The notes: generated by a model not told the origin, from the sequence alone. A stretch of DNA of 63,333 bases, filler included, from Squatina squatina (GCA_031763465.1; 4 parts of 3 records of this genome joined end to end with filler, not necessarily neighbours in it), one strand, 5' to 3'; positions 1 through 13,984 are shown, numbered from the whole stretch's first letter. A program made the numbers and translations.

Positions 1-2107
1 CTAGTTAATTCTTTAAATAAATGCTATTAGGATGAATAAACAGCTTCAAAACTGATTGTTGCTGTAGTTGCCCATTGACCATGCTTGTCCTCATGCCGAA
101 ATTCTAATGGCATTAGTCAACATTGCCTGTCAGTGAAAAGCAGTTATTCACGTAACTCAGTTCTTATGTTGTGAATGGCCTGCCATGGCATAATTCAGCA
201 ACATTGTTATATAACTGTATATATGTGTTGTTACTATCACTTATAATTATTTTCTCTGAATTTGTGGCTTTTTGTTCATGAACTTGAAAGCTAAAGGCTT
301 TAACACTGGGCCTGAGCCTGTAACTATTGCTGCCATACTAGGGCACCTTTGATCTGTCTGTCGCCTGACTACTGATGTCCATGGAGAAGGCCAGAGTGCT
401 GCAAGTTGTGTTGCTCCGGCAGTGAAGCACGCAAAGAGCCACCTGCCATCCAGCTGGGGTTTGGGACTGCTTTGCTCTTTCCAGGTACCTTGTCTGAATG
501 CCCTGTGACACATGACCTTCTTCTGGGATCATGACCTTAACCCCAATTACCTTGGCACTCTGCGACTGACAGACGGGCCGCAAATGAATTGATACCCTCT
601 ACAGGCAGCTTTGGAGTGTAGGGTTTAAGACCACACAAAGTACATACGTAAGATGGGTCCAGTATGATTGGAAACCATCGCAACTGAGGAAGCTTGATTT
701 TAGAAAACATTTAACAAAAGGTCAAAGGAGGTTTGAATCAGAATGTAACTAGTATTCAAGTGTAGACCAAACACAAAACAAATGACACAAATGATTTTTA
801 AAGGTTTTTAAACTGGATATATTAGTATAACTCCTGTCTGATGGGTGCTTTAGGTAATAATGTTGCAGTATTATTTTGGTTGTTAGACTTTAACTAAAGT
901 CTATGCCCATTTAGTTTGTATGCCCTTGTACGCCAGTCATCGCTGAGCCATTTCCTTCAGTTTTGACTGCAGAAAATAGTCTGAATCACAAGCTTCCTGG
1001 CCACTCCTGTCAACACCGCTGCATGATCAGCAAGCAGGAGCTTTACAATTTAGGAATGACAAGTCAAATTATCAGTCTGTCCCTATTCCTTAAATCCCTG
1101 ACCTCAATCCACAAACATCCCCAACCCCACCTCCCTCCCTCTCCACCCCCGCCCCCACCTCCTCCCCGACCAAGATGGGACACAGGCACTCCATCTAGTG
1201 GCAAACCCAAGAAATTACATGGCTCCGACTCCAAAGGCAAGAAAGTCCGACAGGAAACGTTGTGTGACTTGAGCTTGTGATCTTCTGGTTAACAGTAAAA
1301 TAATGAACTGCCTGAACTTCTGAGCAACCAACCTGAAACTGGCAACATTAATTGGACTATCCCAAATCTTTCTCTTCGAGATTATGACAACCAGAGCAGT
1401 TTTCTTCCAGTTCAGTAAATTTGATTGGTTCCAGTTCATGTTTTAAAACTAAACTGAACCTGTTGAGTATGTCATCTGAAAAGAGGTCTAGCTTTAGCTG
1501 GCATATGGTCTTATGCAGAGGGAGACTGCATTTTAAGAGGCTGTTTCATGCATTTAATATAATGCCAAATTATGTATTGAACGCTAAGATATCTTAGAGG
1601 CATAAACAAGTGGTTTCAAAATGTTTGCCGTTTGCTGCCTTCACCCTATTGTAAAGTTGCACGATGTGCACAGGAGGCTGGCTTATGAATCAGACTCCAA
1701 CAGGCCGCGAGGAGAGTGAAGACACGTTACGGTATCTCAGATTTAAATAAAGAATCCCAGCAGGAGTCCTGTGTTATGCATGCGTCCGTCGCAAAGCAAC
1801 TTTGCCTCACATTGCAAGGTCTTTGCGGGCAGGTTCCTTCGAGGTCAACGGCGAGCGTCAACCACAAAATCCGGGCCATTGGTATCAACTTTCTGAGACA
1901 GGAACGTCAGGAGGCGTTGGCTTCGCCACAGTGTGAAAGCAGCTGCCGTGTGCTGAAAGCACATTTCACTCCGGTAACATCTCCAGACACAATGGACCAA
2001 ATGGCCTCCTTCTGTGCTGTAAATTTCCATAATTCGAGGATTCAGAATGCACTGTGATGATGAAGATAAGCAGGTGAAACTTGGGACTTGCACAGAGGCA
2101 TAAAGGA

Positions 2108-2726
2108 GACGAAATTCGATAGCCGAGGTGAGGTGGCACTTCCTGCGCCCAACGCGGAGGTCCTGTCCTGGCCGCGGAATTGGCGGTGCTGCGTCCGAGA
2201 GGAAGTGGAGCGCAATGTCAGGCGCTCCGTTTCCTCTTCGGGACGGGACCGGTGTGCTAACTGCGGGAATTTTCCAGCGCTCTGCGGAGCCTCGCATAGC
2301 GGAGGGCATGCTGCAAGCTCTGAAATGAGGCAAGGGGCCATCACTCCTCCATCAGGGAGCGGGTTGCCGTGGCAGCAGCCCAGCACAGAAGTGGAGTGCC
2401 GGCCTGCAACATGGCGGCACGGACCCTGCAAAATCTTCAATGCCAGGCTGAGACCAATAAATTAGCCATTGAGTGGCTGGTGTGAGGCTGATGCGAACAT
2501 TGCCTGCGGCGGCCTCACAGGACGTTACCCAATTTACGCTCTGGGGTGAAAATGGGTCGCTGCGCATGGCGATGATGTCATCATCGCTGGCGCAGTGGCC
2601 CAGGACACGACCAGTTTGCACCTCTGCTAACTCCCATATAATTTCGCAAGGGGCAGTAGCGGCTCCGCGCCTAGGGCGAGAAATCATTTGTATCCCGTTA
2701 CCACCCCCCGCCCCCCCCCCCCCCCC
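2108..2726. repeat. GC/CpG-rich interspersed repeat fragment (probable degenerate DNA-transposon derivative)
   Basis: Sharp GC/CpG-rich island in AT-rich background; overlapping ORFs on both strands with no recognisable protein; same character as 10465-11206, 33146-33785, 40684-41232. Confidence 0.3.
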
Positions 2727-4406
2727 NNNNNNNNNNNNNNNNNNNNNNNNNNNNNNNNNNNNNNNNNNNNNNNNNNNNNNNNNNNNNNNNNNNNNNNNNN
2801 NNNNNNNNNNNNNNNNNNNNNNNNNNCGGGTGAGCCTGGGTGCAGCCGTGCACCTTTAGGAGGTGCCTGTTTGTGTTTGCAGCTTCAGAATGCTGCAGAA
2901 CACTGACATAAGAACCATCAAAAAGAGTTGGGCATGGTCATTTCAAGAAAACCGGCTGATGACACGTCATCAGATGACGTCATCAGACCAGCTTCCAGTT
3001 AATTGGAGGGAAAGCCCGCACAGCGGGCTTAACAAGACCAATCAAGGGAAGATTACTGGGACAGGGTCGGCTGGAGCTGGGAGCGCCTTCTCGGCACACC
3101 AGCTATGCGGCCCATACCCAACCCACCTCCCGTGGCAAAATCGCGGCTCCCTAGTGGGAACATTGGTGGTTGTTGTACAATGTGATCGCTGGACTCTGTA
3201 AATGTGCTCACTGGACGCTGTATAATGTGTTCTCTGGAAACTGTATAATTCAGCTGCTGAACATCACATTATCTTGAGTGCTGTATAGTTTGATCTTTTA
3301 AAGCTGCAAAGTATGAATACCAGATGCTGTATCTACAGAAAAACAATGTACAAAAACATCCTTATAAAATAACAGTCTATTAATAATATATCAAAAAAAA
3401 AATGTCTTTCACACACAGAGAGTGACCACACTTACTGGCACCACAAGTTAGGGCTCATTCATCAGAAGATTACATTAAAATTGCTATATTTTGTATTTTT
3501 TACTAAAAAGTCCCTTTTGAATAATCAGTCATTTCTTAAATTGAAAAAAGTTACAAAAAAATTCTCAACTGGTAAATAAATACACCCACCTCTAAGCTTT
3601 CCACTGCGACAAACACTGCTGGTACAGAAAGTACCTCTGTAGCTTATAAGATTATCAGTATAGAGTTTCATAGAGNNNNNNNNNNNNNNNNNNNNNNNNN
3701 NNNNNNNNNNNNNNNNNNNNNNNNNNNNNNNNNNNNNNNNNNNNNNNNNNNNNNNNNNNNNNNNNNNNNNNNNNNACAAAAACCGCTGCAACATACTCCT
3801 CAGGGGTTTAATTGTTTTGTGGCCACTTCGCTTATCAGTTGAGTCACAATACTATGTGAACAATTTACCTCATCAAGTTCGCATCAGTGGCAACCCTGTA
3901 ATTCGGCCCTCAACACTGGGTAATAAATGCAAAACCTGCCACAGCAGGCATCTGTTTGGGTTAGAAACAATGTGAAAGTATGTCAGGTACGTTCAAAGTC
4001 TGTTGATGCACAGCACATTTAGAGAACCGGAGCATTGAGCATCTGAGCCGCAGCCATCTCCGGGACAAGTGGATTCCTGCACAGCAGCCAGGCTTCAAAG
4101 AGAGATTTGTCACAGAGGTGAAAGGCCAGGTTGTCTTTCAAAGTGAATTAATGATGAAAAATATTTCAAAGGTTTGGTCTTTGCTCTCAAGAAGTTGTAT
4201 CCTTATTTCAAGGGGGACATTTTCCATTTTCTTCCCACAATTCCTGCACAATCCACGTTCATGGGAGTTGGATTTCCATGCTAAACCATTTTTTAAGTGT
4301 CACCTTAGCATGTGGTTGTGTAAAGCCCCTCAGCCATCAACCCTGGCCCTTACCACAAACACAGGAAAATTAACAACGTTGTGCCTCAGGTTAAAACATA
4401 GAAAAA

Positions 4407-4780
4407 GGAGCTGGATGGTGCAGTGCATTAGACACCTCTAGGACCTGGGTTCAAATCCAAACCAATGAAATTAAAACCTCTTCTGACTGCTGGCTGTAAG
4501 GATCCTATACAAAATGGGTTTGGCAGTCTCAATTCCTAGTGAGCATGAGCCGAGAACATGAAACTATCTCTAATTCACCACTAAATCACAATCTCACTCA
4601 GAGAAACCACAGGAGGGCTGGCGTGGGAAATGGAAAAAGTGGTGTCGGGGATGCTTTTGAGGTTGAGGCTGATGCCTGTTGTTGGTGCAGAGTAGAGGGA
4701 GCATACTTCTGCTTTTGGCTGTGCTACTCCTGACCTGAGAGTACTTGATGCTGATACTAAGTGCCTGAAATGAGGGAGTT
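4407..4780 (+). mobile_element. LF-SINE-like tRNA-derived SINE
   Basis: Head ctggatggtgcagtg...cacctctaggacctgggttcaaatcca (box A/B), body ggctgtaaggatcctat..aaatgggtttggcagtctca..ttcctagtg and ggttgaggc; resembles recalled LF-SINE consensus; related copy near 9010. Confidence 0.55.
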
Positions 4781-5929
4781 CTATTCCCCAGNNNNNNNNN
4801 NNNNNNNNNNNNNNNNNNNNNNNNNNNNNNNNNNNNNNNNNNNNNNNNNNNNNNNNNNNNNNNNNNNNNNNNNNNNNNNNNNNNNNNNNNNAATGAGTCC
4901 AGGAAACACCACTGAATTCTGTTTGGAGAGCACTGAAGAAGAGATTGTGTAAATTTGATTCAACCAGTTTTGAAATACAGCCTGTGTTGACTGACACAAA
5001 GAAATACTGTCTCTTTAAGTGGAATTGACTGAATAGACACTTTCCTCTTGAGTGCATTGATGCTGTAACCTGCAGGCTGGTTTAGAACGGTGGCAGGAAG
5101 GATACTTGCCAGCTGCCGCTTCTAACTTCCTCTCTTCTTAGCTCAACTTGCCAACTGTTATAGATGTCTTCCTGGCCTTTGCTTCGGCTAAGGATTGACA
5201 TGTCAAGCAAAGCTGTGTACCAGCTGAAAGGAACTGGTTACCTCATAGCTTGTTCAAAAGTGAAGAGAAGCTTACAAAACTGGTTTCGTAAGACTGGCAC
5301 TTTACAAAGCACCCATTATTAAAAAAATAATAATAATTTTCTTTGGGAAAGGAATTATTCAATTTTAAAGGGCTACAAATTTGAGTATCACTTTGGCCTA
5401 AACCAAAAATAACCTACTCTTGTAAATTGTGCAGTACTTAAGTTCTTACATTTAATCTGGCCACCCACAATTTAGCAATGGGTGGTCAGATGACAAGGCT
5501 GCAGTTGCTGGCCATCATACATGTAATACTGTCGCCAAACACTTGCACACGCCACTTATCTGATAAAGATTTGGGGCTTCTCAACCATTAACCATACGTA
5601 AAATTTCCAGGTATTGACATGCAATTCAAAAGTGTGGTTTGGACCATTTGAAACGGAAACACACAGTTTGTTGAGGATCACCTCTCAGAAGGTGTCTTAT
5701 CTGCTAAAACTACCATTTGTTTTTTTTTCCAAAATCCCAAACCATTATTTTTTGAAAGTCTATTTTTAGCTTGTTTTATCTCTATACTTTTCACGTGGGT
5801 AGCAAGCATTGGCAACTGATGGGCGCTGCCACTGTCATGCTGCAGCCAGTCAGTGGGGATGCTGAAGCATAATCTGAGGCAGCACCAACCTGCCTGTTCC
5901 CCCATGTACCTGTTCACAGGACCATAGAG

Positions 5930-6215
5930 GTTTAGGGCACAGAAAGAGACCATTCAGGCTATTGTAATTGTGCTGGCTCTTTACAATGGCATTCTAAAAC
6001 TATCCCCAATGCCTTTCTCTTTCTTTATAGCCCTGTATCTTCCTATACTTTAAAACCTTTTCCCTTAAAAGGTGCAACGCTCTCTGCCTCAAGCATTCCC
6101 TAGGGCAAAGCATTCCATGCTCCAACACCTCTAGATATGAGTTTCTCCTAATTCCTCATTCTCTCAGTGACAGTTTTAAATTGATGATCCCTCTAATCGC
6201 TGACTCCCCAATCAG
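5930..6215 (-). mobile_element. Degraded CR1 LINE 3' end
   Basis: Reverse complement resembles the CR1 tails at 48410-48723 and 49900-50290 (tctgcctcaagcattccctagggcaaagcattcca). Confidence 0.45.
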
Positions 6216-7710
6216 AGGCTATATACACACAAATTAAAGTTTTCACCCTTCTGCTTTAGCTTAGCACTGTGGCTGACAATTCAGCCGAATGATAACTCAT
6301 TACCTGGAGTAAGCCCAAGCATGAATCCAGTTCTCCTAGGCTACAGCACATCAAACTACGACGCTCCGTAACTAGCCTGCTGAATCTATTCAGAGCTTAC
6401 AAGAGGCCATGCACAAAAATTGATTTCTTTCACAAGAATACAATGGCTATCCTTCTGCTCCCAAAAAGCATTCTGTAGAATATATAAAAAACATGTCATC
6501 ATATTTTGCTCTGTACAAATTCCGTTAATTATAAATGGCTGATAGCATTATTTGTTTGGNNNNNNNNNNNNNNNNNNNNNNNNNNNNNNNNNNNNNNNNN
6601 NNNNNNNNNNNNNNNNNNNNNNNNNNNNNNNNNNNNNNNNNNNNNNNNNNNNNNNNNNNATATTATTGATGACCTCAGTCGAGGTCACTAATGAACTTTA
6701 TGAATGGCAGATGTCCCAGGACTGGTCCCTGCAGGACCCCTGTGGTAGGCAGAAAAAGAATTCAGCATTCATCTGAAAACTGATATCGCAGCTGTAATTA
6801 AACACACAATACTATCTCCCCCAAAAGGCTACCAGAATGTTGTCACCCACAAGCTTAAATGGCACATGGTTTAAAGAGCTTTATCAGCAGGGAGCAGGAA
6901 AGGCACAATAGGTAAGAGTAGGAAAGGAATGGAAGCAAAAGAAACACATGAAAATGATAAGTCCACCACGTAAGCATTAGCCATTTACTCTTTGTAATCA
7001 GATATGTTAAGGAGTTCATTTGGCAAGGCAATTTGATTAAGAAGTTATTACATTATAGGAAGACAGGAAACCTGATTTTACATGGTCATGTACAAAAATG
7101 ACCTTAATCATGACATTGCAGTGAATATTAATTGGTTGTAAAGCACTTTGAGGCGTCCAGTGGGCGTGAAAAGTGCTATATAAATGCAAGTCTTTCTTTC
7201 TTTTATATTATGTAATTTCTTCTTTATGGAAAATAGTTGAAATTAAGCAAGATCTCTCTGAAGTTGAGATGGTTCAAAGATTTCACACCTGATGACGAAG
7301 GATTGGCGCAGAAGTCAGCCCGATCTGGCAGGCTCGCTAATCTGAGTCCTGAGTCATGGAGCACAGACAGTGTTGACAATCAACCAGCCAACCCACAAGC
7401 CAAGGCCCTAACAGATTGAACAAGCTTACCCGTGGCTCTGTGCTGGTAGGCGGTGTAGTTTTAGCTGGTTACATTTCAGCAGCACTCCTATGCACACTAG
7501 GGGTTTCCTAAGCCTTGGCCACATTGGCTGTGTCCCTGTGGAGGAAGACAAGTGGGCACGTATCGGGCAAGCAGAAACTTGACCAGTGTGCGTTTCGGAG
7601 TAGCTTGGTTTGGAGACTTGTGGGCACAGTGAACTGTTCCAAAACCCAAATAAAGAAATCAGAAACAAGTCAATTAATAAACCCACAGCTCCAGTCACAC
7701 TGTGACTCAC

Positions 7711-7819
7711 CTGTTCGGCCAGCAGAGCTGCAAGGCTGGAGTAGGCATCTGCAAACTGGGGACCAAACTTAACAGAGTCACGCAGCAACTGTTCAGCCTC
7801 AGCCAGTTTCTTCTGAGAT
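7711..7819 (-). CDS. TMTC1: TMTC1 (protein O-mannosyltransferase) internal TPR exon
   Basis: 109-bp exon, TTGCAG acceptor, GTGAGT donor; encodes SQKKLAEAEQLLRDSVKFGPQFADAYSSLAALLAEQ, matching recalled human TMTC1 SQEKKEEAITLLKDSIKYGPEFADAYSSLASLLAEQ. Confidence 0.9.
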
Positions 7820-9009
7820 CTGCAAGATATGAAATGCTTTGTAAGAGGTTTGCCTTCATGCAGTATCATCAGGAGTTTTTGTCAAGCAGCAGCACCACTG
7901 TTTAAATTAATACCAGTCCACGGGACTGGGTTTAAAGTAGATGCTGTGCATCTGTCTCTTGACACTAAACCACTTACATTCCCGTAGTGCTCTTCATACA
8001 CTTAGGAACAGGTTTTCAATTCTGAAGTCATGAAAGAGAGTGAGTGCAAGAGATAGTGGGGGTGAGAGAGGGAGAGAATGAGGAAATGAGCGATGGAGTA
8101 GGAGGCTCCAGGTTCCAGTGAATCCCACATTAGGCCACAGTCTGAGACCCTCTTCCTAAGTTTTAGCACAGGAGTCATGACCGTCGTTTTCTATCTTCCA
8201 AGGGGGAATAGTTAAGTCCTGAATGTTCCCTTAAATCTGATGTTTCTCTTTGCTACTGTTTGCTTACTTACTTACTGTTAATAAATCTGTTTGGTAAGTT
8301 ATAGCCCAGGCCACAGTCTGCTGTGGAATGTTTATTCTATCTCCTTCCAAAGTCAAGGAGATTAAAAATGGGCACATGTTCAATAAGCTTAATACAGTGC
8401 CAAGTGCAATCCCTGGACTCGCTACAATGGCACAGATATCAGTCAAGTCACAGCACACTTCGGCACAAAACGCAAGGAAAATATCCAAGGTTAAAGCTCA
8501 AAAAAACGAAACAGTGAGGCATTCCAAAGGTCAGGGGGCACGGTGGCTGAGAGAACAGCCACCGACTGTGAATTGGAGGGAGTTAGGAATAACCTGGTGT
8601 TACAGGAGCAGAGGGGGAGAATGGTGACATGTAGCTGGATGAGAGCATTGCCCTATGCTGAGGGAAGGCCACGGAGGGATATAAATACGTCAAGGTCCTG
8701 AAATTAGTCTGTCTGGGGACAAGGAATTACACTTTTATGTTCTGCGCAAGTTTCAAGTAAAAAGCATTAGTAAAAACTGTGTCGGCCTTTACCCTCCATG
8801 TGAGACACAGAGGGCAACAAAACTGCAACACAGATCCAAGATGCATTGATGCAGCATCAGAATTATAAAGCAGAAAATCTATTTGGAATCTGAAGTCAAT
8901 TAAATACTGAGGTGATGCCAAAGTGTATGTGGTCTTTTAAATATCGCTTACTAGTTCCCCGTGAGCAGCAAACTGCCCGGTATAAGCTGAGAGGGGGCCT
9001 GAGGGGTGA

Positions 9010-9410
9010 AGTATGTTATGGCACTGTCCTTCAATGTCAGCTGGTGACCTACACACCCTGGGGTTTGAATCCAGCCTTTACTGATGGGATGAAAGTCTCC
9101 ACTCAGCTGGCTGCAAGTGTGAAATGAACTTGCACCACCTCAATCTCAGCTTCTGGGTTGACAACATAAAGCTACCCATAATTCAGCATAAATTGGCACA
9201 ATCATTCAGAAAGTCCTTAAAAACTGGTGGTGCCAGCCATAGAAAATTCATATTGGGGCAGTAGGAGGTGTTATTTGTTGACTGAGATGAATGGATGATG
9301 CTGAGGAATGACCAGAGGAAGCTTCACCCTGCATCTAGCTCTGAGGGGTGCTCGACAAAAATGGAAATGTCTATTTTACCCCATCGGTGACATCTCTTTC
9401 CTTGGCAAAG
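9010..9410 (+). mobile_element. Second, more diverged LF-SINE-like copy
   Basis: gggtttgaatccagcc box B, gaaagtctcc..ctggctg..gtgaaatga, aattggcac; colinear with 4407-4780. Confidence 0.4.
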
Positions 9411-9499
9411 AAAAAAAATCACAAAATATAAATTTGAAAAAGAGGTTGTGTTATGTGAGAAAACAACATGCACGAATAGTGTGACATCCGCTATATGAC

Positions 9500-9900
9500 C
9501 TTCCTCCTTCTTCTACTTCTTAGGCAGTCCCTTGAGGTCGAGGATGACTTGCTTCCACTCCGGAGTTGTGGGTTCTGAGATGACTGAACAGTCCTATCCA
9601 GGATCCACAAACTCTCCCACAGGTGGGGCAGGTGGTTATTTGATGGGGCGAGAGGATGGGATGCTCGGGTTTCTGCGCGCTTCTTCTGCTGCCTGTACTT
9701 GACCTCCACGTGCTCCTGCCGGAGAAGCTCGAAATGTTTGGCGGACGCTTCTCCTCCAGCTCGGGCGGACTCGGGTTCTCATGAGTCAGTGGGGATGTTA
9801 CATTTTTTCAGGGGGACTTTGAGGACGTTCTTGAAGCGCTTCCTCTGCCCTCCTGGTAACCATTTGCCATGACAAAATTCAGTATAGAATGCTTGCTTCC
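9500..9900 (-). mobile_element. RTE-clade LINE 3' fragment
   Basis: Minus strand encodes GGQRKRFKNVLK... and C-terminal TTCPTCGRVCGSWIGLFSHLRTH...* followed by an AAG-rich tail; frameshifted. Confidence 0.75.
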
Positions 9901-10464
9901 TTGAGACCACACTGTTGCTATATACACATTAACCATCATAATGCTTTGGTGATAAACTTGCAGTCCTACTTTTCCAACTCTAATGAGCCCCCTTCCCTCC
10001 ACCATTGGTTACAAAGCCTTTACCCATCACAACCCTGTGCTCTTCAATTCTCTCCCTAAACCCTTTGCTCTGTCCACATCTCTGGAACTCTATTGGTAAC
10101 CAGCCCCAACTCCTGGTCAGTGTCCAATTCCTACCCGCCCCCTTATGAAACATCATGAGATAGTCAGCTACTTTACAAAGGATCGACCCACTTTAAGCCA
10201 TTACTGGAATTTCTGTCACCTTAGAAATAAAAGAGAGAGAGCTTACTAATTTTTGACTCAACAGCCAACTGTGAAAGAGGCCAGCTTATGCAACAGTGCA
10301 ACTTATACACATGATGCTGCCGTGAACTAATCCCTTCCATCCCCACTTCCTCCTTCACTTCGCCCAGCCATGATATTCAGGTCAGGGATCTCCATTTATT
10401 GGGGAAAAGATTATTGCAAGTGGCATCCCATCAATTAAGACTTGGCCGTTGGAAGTTCGTCATT

Positions 10465-11206
10465 TCAAATGGCAAATTTCCCTCTGAAGGAGTGCTTCCG
10501 TCTCCACTGGCATAAACGCAGCTCAATGCAAGTGCGCTTGACTTGTCCTGTGTTGCAAAGATATCGTGGCTGAAATTGCAGTCAGAGCCTTCCCGCATAC
10601 GTAGGCCTCGGACCGGAAAGATCTGGTGGTCCGGGAGCTGCGAAAATTTGCGTTCCTGGGTGTTCTGGAGTGGCCAGGGATCTCTCCTGCATAGGTGGTT
10701 CACATACACAGGTGAGATCACGTGGAACNNNNNNNNNNNNNNNNNNNNNNNNNNNNNNNNNNNNNNNNNNNNNNNNNNNNNNNNNNNNNNNNNNNNNNNN
10801 NNNNNNNNNNNNNNNNNNNNNNNNNNNNTTGTCCGCAAAACATAGCACACCCACGTAAGCCTTAACGTAAACACGCCTCCAAGCCCACTAGCAGCCTATA
10901 AAGCCTTACCAGAGGTTTACCTGCGTGCAGCTGATGCTGATGCAATCTGCCTGCGGACTTTTGGCCCCAAGAATCACTGGGTGGGCCAAAGAACCCGCAA
11001 ATCCAGAATCCCCACAATCCAATTTCGCCACATTTGCAGCCTTCAATTACCTCAGCGCTTTGTTCAGGCTGCCGACTGGGATGACTTGAAGGACCAATAT
11101 GGCGACCTCCAAATTTTCAGGGAAGATCAGGCGTGGGATACCTCCACCCATAATTCGTCCCTCCTGCCCCTAAAATCAGGCGCGAAGCTGTCTCAAATTC
11201 TCCCCA
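10465..11206. repeat. GC-rich non-autonomous repeat spanning a gap, ending in aaattctcccc
   Basis: CpG-rich; terminus resembles aaaattgacccc (28671), gaaattccccc (36703) and aattttgcccc (33785). Confidence 0.3.
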
Positions 11207-11793
11207 TCACATTCATAAATTAAACATTAAATAAAGTGAATTAGAAGTTTTAGAGAGCACTGCCAAGCCAGACATAGCGCTTTGTACAAAGCAAATTTGC
11301 ATAGTTTGTCCAGAAATGATACATGAGTCTATTTGAGATATTCTTCACTTGGGGGTTTCCAAGGCTTGGGTTAACAGCCTGCTGGTTTCTATACTATAGA
11401 TAAAGTAAAAAAAGGAATTAATATCTGCATCGAACATCTGAGCTGGTTTTATGAGAATTAAAATCACCACTTTCTGGTCGATGAATAATATGAAATATAG
11501 AATTTTTTTAAAGTGTGGCTTGTCTTACATTTTTAAAGGCGTAGGGCACCCAATTGGTCTGCCCTGAGTTTGAAACGTCAGTANNNNNNNNNNNNNNNNN
11601 NNNNNNNNNNNNNNNNNNNNNNNNNNNNNNNNNNNNNNNNNNNNNNNNNNNNNNNNNNNNNNNNNNNNNNNNNNNNNNNNNNNGCTTGGTCTCTTGCACA
11701 GAGAGGGAGCTCCCCCCCAAGTGAAGGAGAGCTCATTCCGGCCACTTACCGTCATATGCATGCACGCACATACACACACACACGCATACAGAC

Positions 11794-11991
11794 ATGGAGC
11801 TGCTCTGCATGGAGAATGCCCCTCGAATCCAGCGATCCTTCCCGGACCCAACACTCCTCTCTGACCACCGAGTTCTCCAAAACCTGCTGTACACCGAGGA
11901 CAGATACATCCCCAGGACCTCTTATTTCAAATGTGTCCAGAAAGAAATCGAACCCTACATGAGAAAAATGGTAGCATTTTGGATGCTAGAG
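11794..11991 (+). CDS. CCND3: D-type cyclin exon 1 (most like cyclin D3; CCND2 not excluded)
   Basis: ATG to GAG|GTAAAA donor, 198 bp; [66 protein letters not shown] with Rb-binding LxCxE (LLCME); PDPxLL, PRxSYF and A(F/Y)WMLE are CCND3-type. Cyclin D call is near certain, paralog less so. Confidence 0.7.
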
Positions 11992-12819
11992 GTAAAAATG
12001 TGTATATATATGTATATGATAATACAGTAATGTCCAATTAATGCAGCATTTTTATTGTGTAATTGTCTCGAGAGCTTTGCAAAAGTATTTGTGATCGAGT
12101 GCTAAGAAGTATATATCGGTGTCACATACTTAATTTTATTTTTTTTAAGTTATTTTTAAAATTTTGCCGCTGAAAGCAGATTAGAAAAGGCGTCGCTTTG
12201 ATATAGGAACTGCGTGCAAGTTTTAACAAGCTTTTGCAACTGCAGAGAACTGCTTAAAATCGAATGCAAAATTATGCTGAATTTTTTAAAGTATTTTTTC
12301 CAAAATTTATAAGAACTGATGATGGCTGATAAACAACATGCTGTCGCCATGTTGACTCGACTTCAAAAAAAAAACTTTTCTGCGTTGCTCTATTGGGCTC
12401 ATCAAACGTCGTTTTGCTTTCCCAATGCGAAAAGTAACAACTGACATGTTATTAATGGTTGTTTTAAGATGTTGCATTTGTATTCTGTGTCTCATAAATT
12501 GTCTTTTGCACTGAGTCCGCCGTGTCTTAGCTCCTGGTCTCTTAAATGGTTGGTGCAGAGAGCGAGTTAGACCACCCAAAATTCTTGCATTATACCTTAA
12601 ATTTCCTCCCTCCAGCAAAGCGGGTTGTTGTCATCTGCTGACCCCAACTAAACTTCAGGATTTCTTCTTTATTTACATGTGCAAATTGTCGCTGCCGGTG
12701 CAATGGTGTAATTTACCCGATTTTTTGAAACTTTATTGCGAACAAAAGGTAACTCTGCTGGCAGCCACGCGATATTTTTTATTTAATTTAATTTTAATGC
12801 TCCTTCAGTAGCTTAGCAA

Positions 12820-13140
12820 GTTTATCCAATGAGTAGATTTATAGGTTTGATCTATGTGCTGATCTCACTCATAGCGACAGTAGGAGTGTTTAAGCAGGCC
12901 TCAACACCCCTAGGGATTAAAAATAATCAGTCAGGATTCCTGGTCCTGATGGCTATCCAGAAAACCCTGCTGGAAATACAATTGCGTGGACCTTGAATAA
13001 GGACAGATTGGCTCAGCTGTGGCTGATCAGACCGCGAATGCTCAATGTCGAGCCTAATTCCCGAATAATCACTGCAGTAAGATGCTGACCGTTGCTAATG
13101 GAACCATGCTAACAATCGTTAAAGAATCCTTCAAGGGAAG
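12820..13140 (+). mobile_element. Old SINE-like interspersed repeat (family also at 39370, 48050, 55680)
   Basis: Shared core ggcctcaacacccctaggg..aatcagtcaggattcctggtcctgat..atccag..accctgctggaaa recurs in the window on both strands. Confidence 0.5.
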
Positions 13141-13984
13141 AAGGCTGAAAATAAGCAAAATGTTTATTTAGAGTGGAGAAAAAAGATAACTCTTAATTTC
13201 TTATATTCAGAGCGCTAAAATCTCAAAGTAGCTAACCAGATGGAAGTGCTCATATTTGAATCCAATGGATATGAGCAGCTTCGTTTGGTTAGAAATCATT
13301 TCCAGTGACCTCTTTTACTTTAGTCGCTGACTGATAACTGGTTTGCTTCGATCTTTTAGACTGAGATGCAACTTTCCTGCAAGTTTCTTTAAATTGAAGT
13401 TGGTGTACATGCCAACTGTAAAAAGAAANNNNNNNNNNNNNNNNNNNNNNNNNNNNNNNNNNNNNNNNNNNNNNNNNNNNNNNNNNNNNNNNNNNNNNNN
13501 NNNNNNNNNNNNNNNNNNNNNNNNNNNNAAGTCTTTTTAGCTGACCTGAGTGAAGTTTGATATACTGTTGACTTCATCACTTTGCCATTTAAGCTCAAAT
13601 AGGAACCAGTCCAAGTGACCTATCCCCATTTTGCCTCTCAGTTGCCCCTTATAACTTGGGCACTAAAATTATACCAAATGGAACATGCAGACTTCACTAG
13701 CAATTCTTTGTAATTATGGTGAAATTCAATGACATTGGCTTTAACTTTAGAAAATAATCACAAGTTTGCAGTAAATACACTTTCAGGGAGTCTGGCTATG
13801 GGGTATTGATTCACAAAAGTAATGGTATCCCACGGAATTTCAGCAGTAGCCATCACCAGGTGTTTGGTTTCCAGCGATAGCCTTGTTATCTTGTTAAATG
13901 GCTGAAGTGGGTGGCGTCCCTAATTAGAACTGGTGATCGTCAGCATCTGTATGTGCCATAACATTGAATACAATTCGTGAAATA

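Noticed and set aside
1845-2859. Cluster of overlapping 110-160 aa ORFs
   Set aside because: GC-rich repeat lacking stops by composition; no recognisable domain or splice structure
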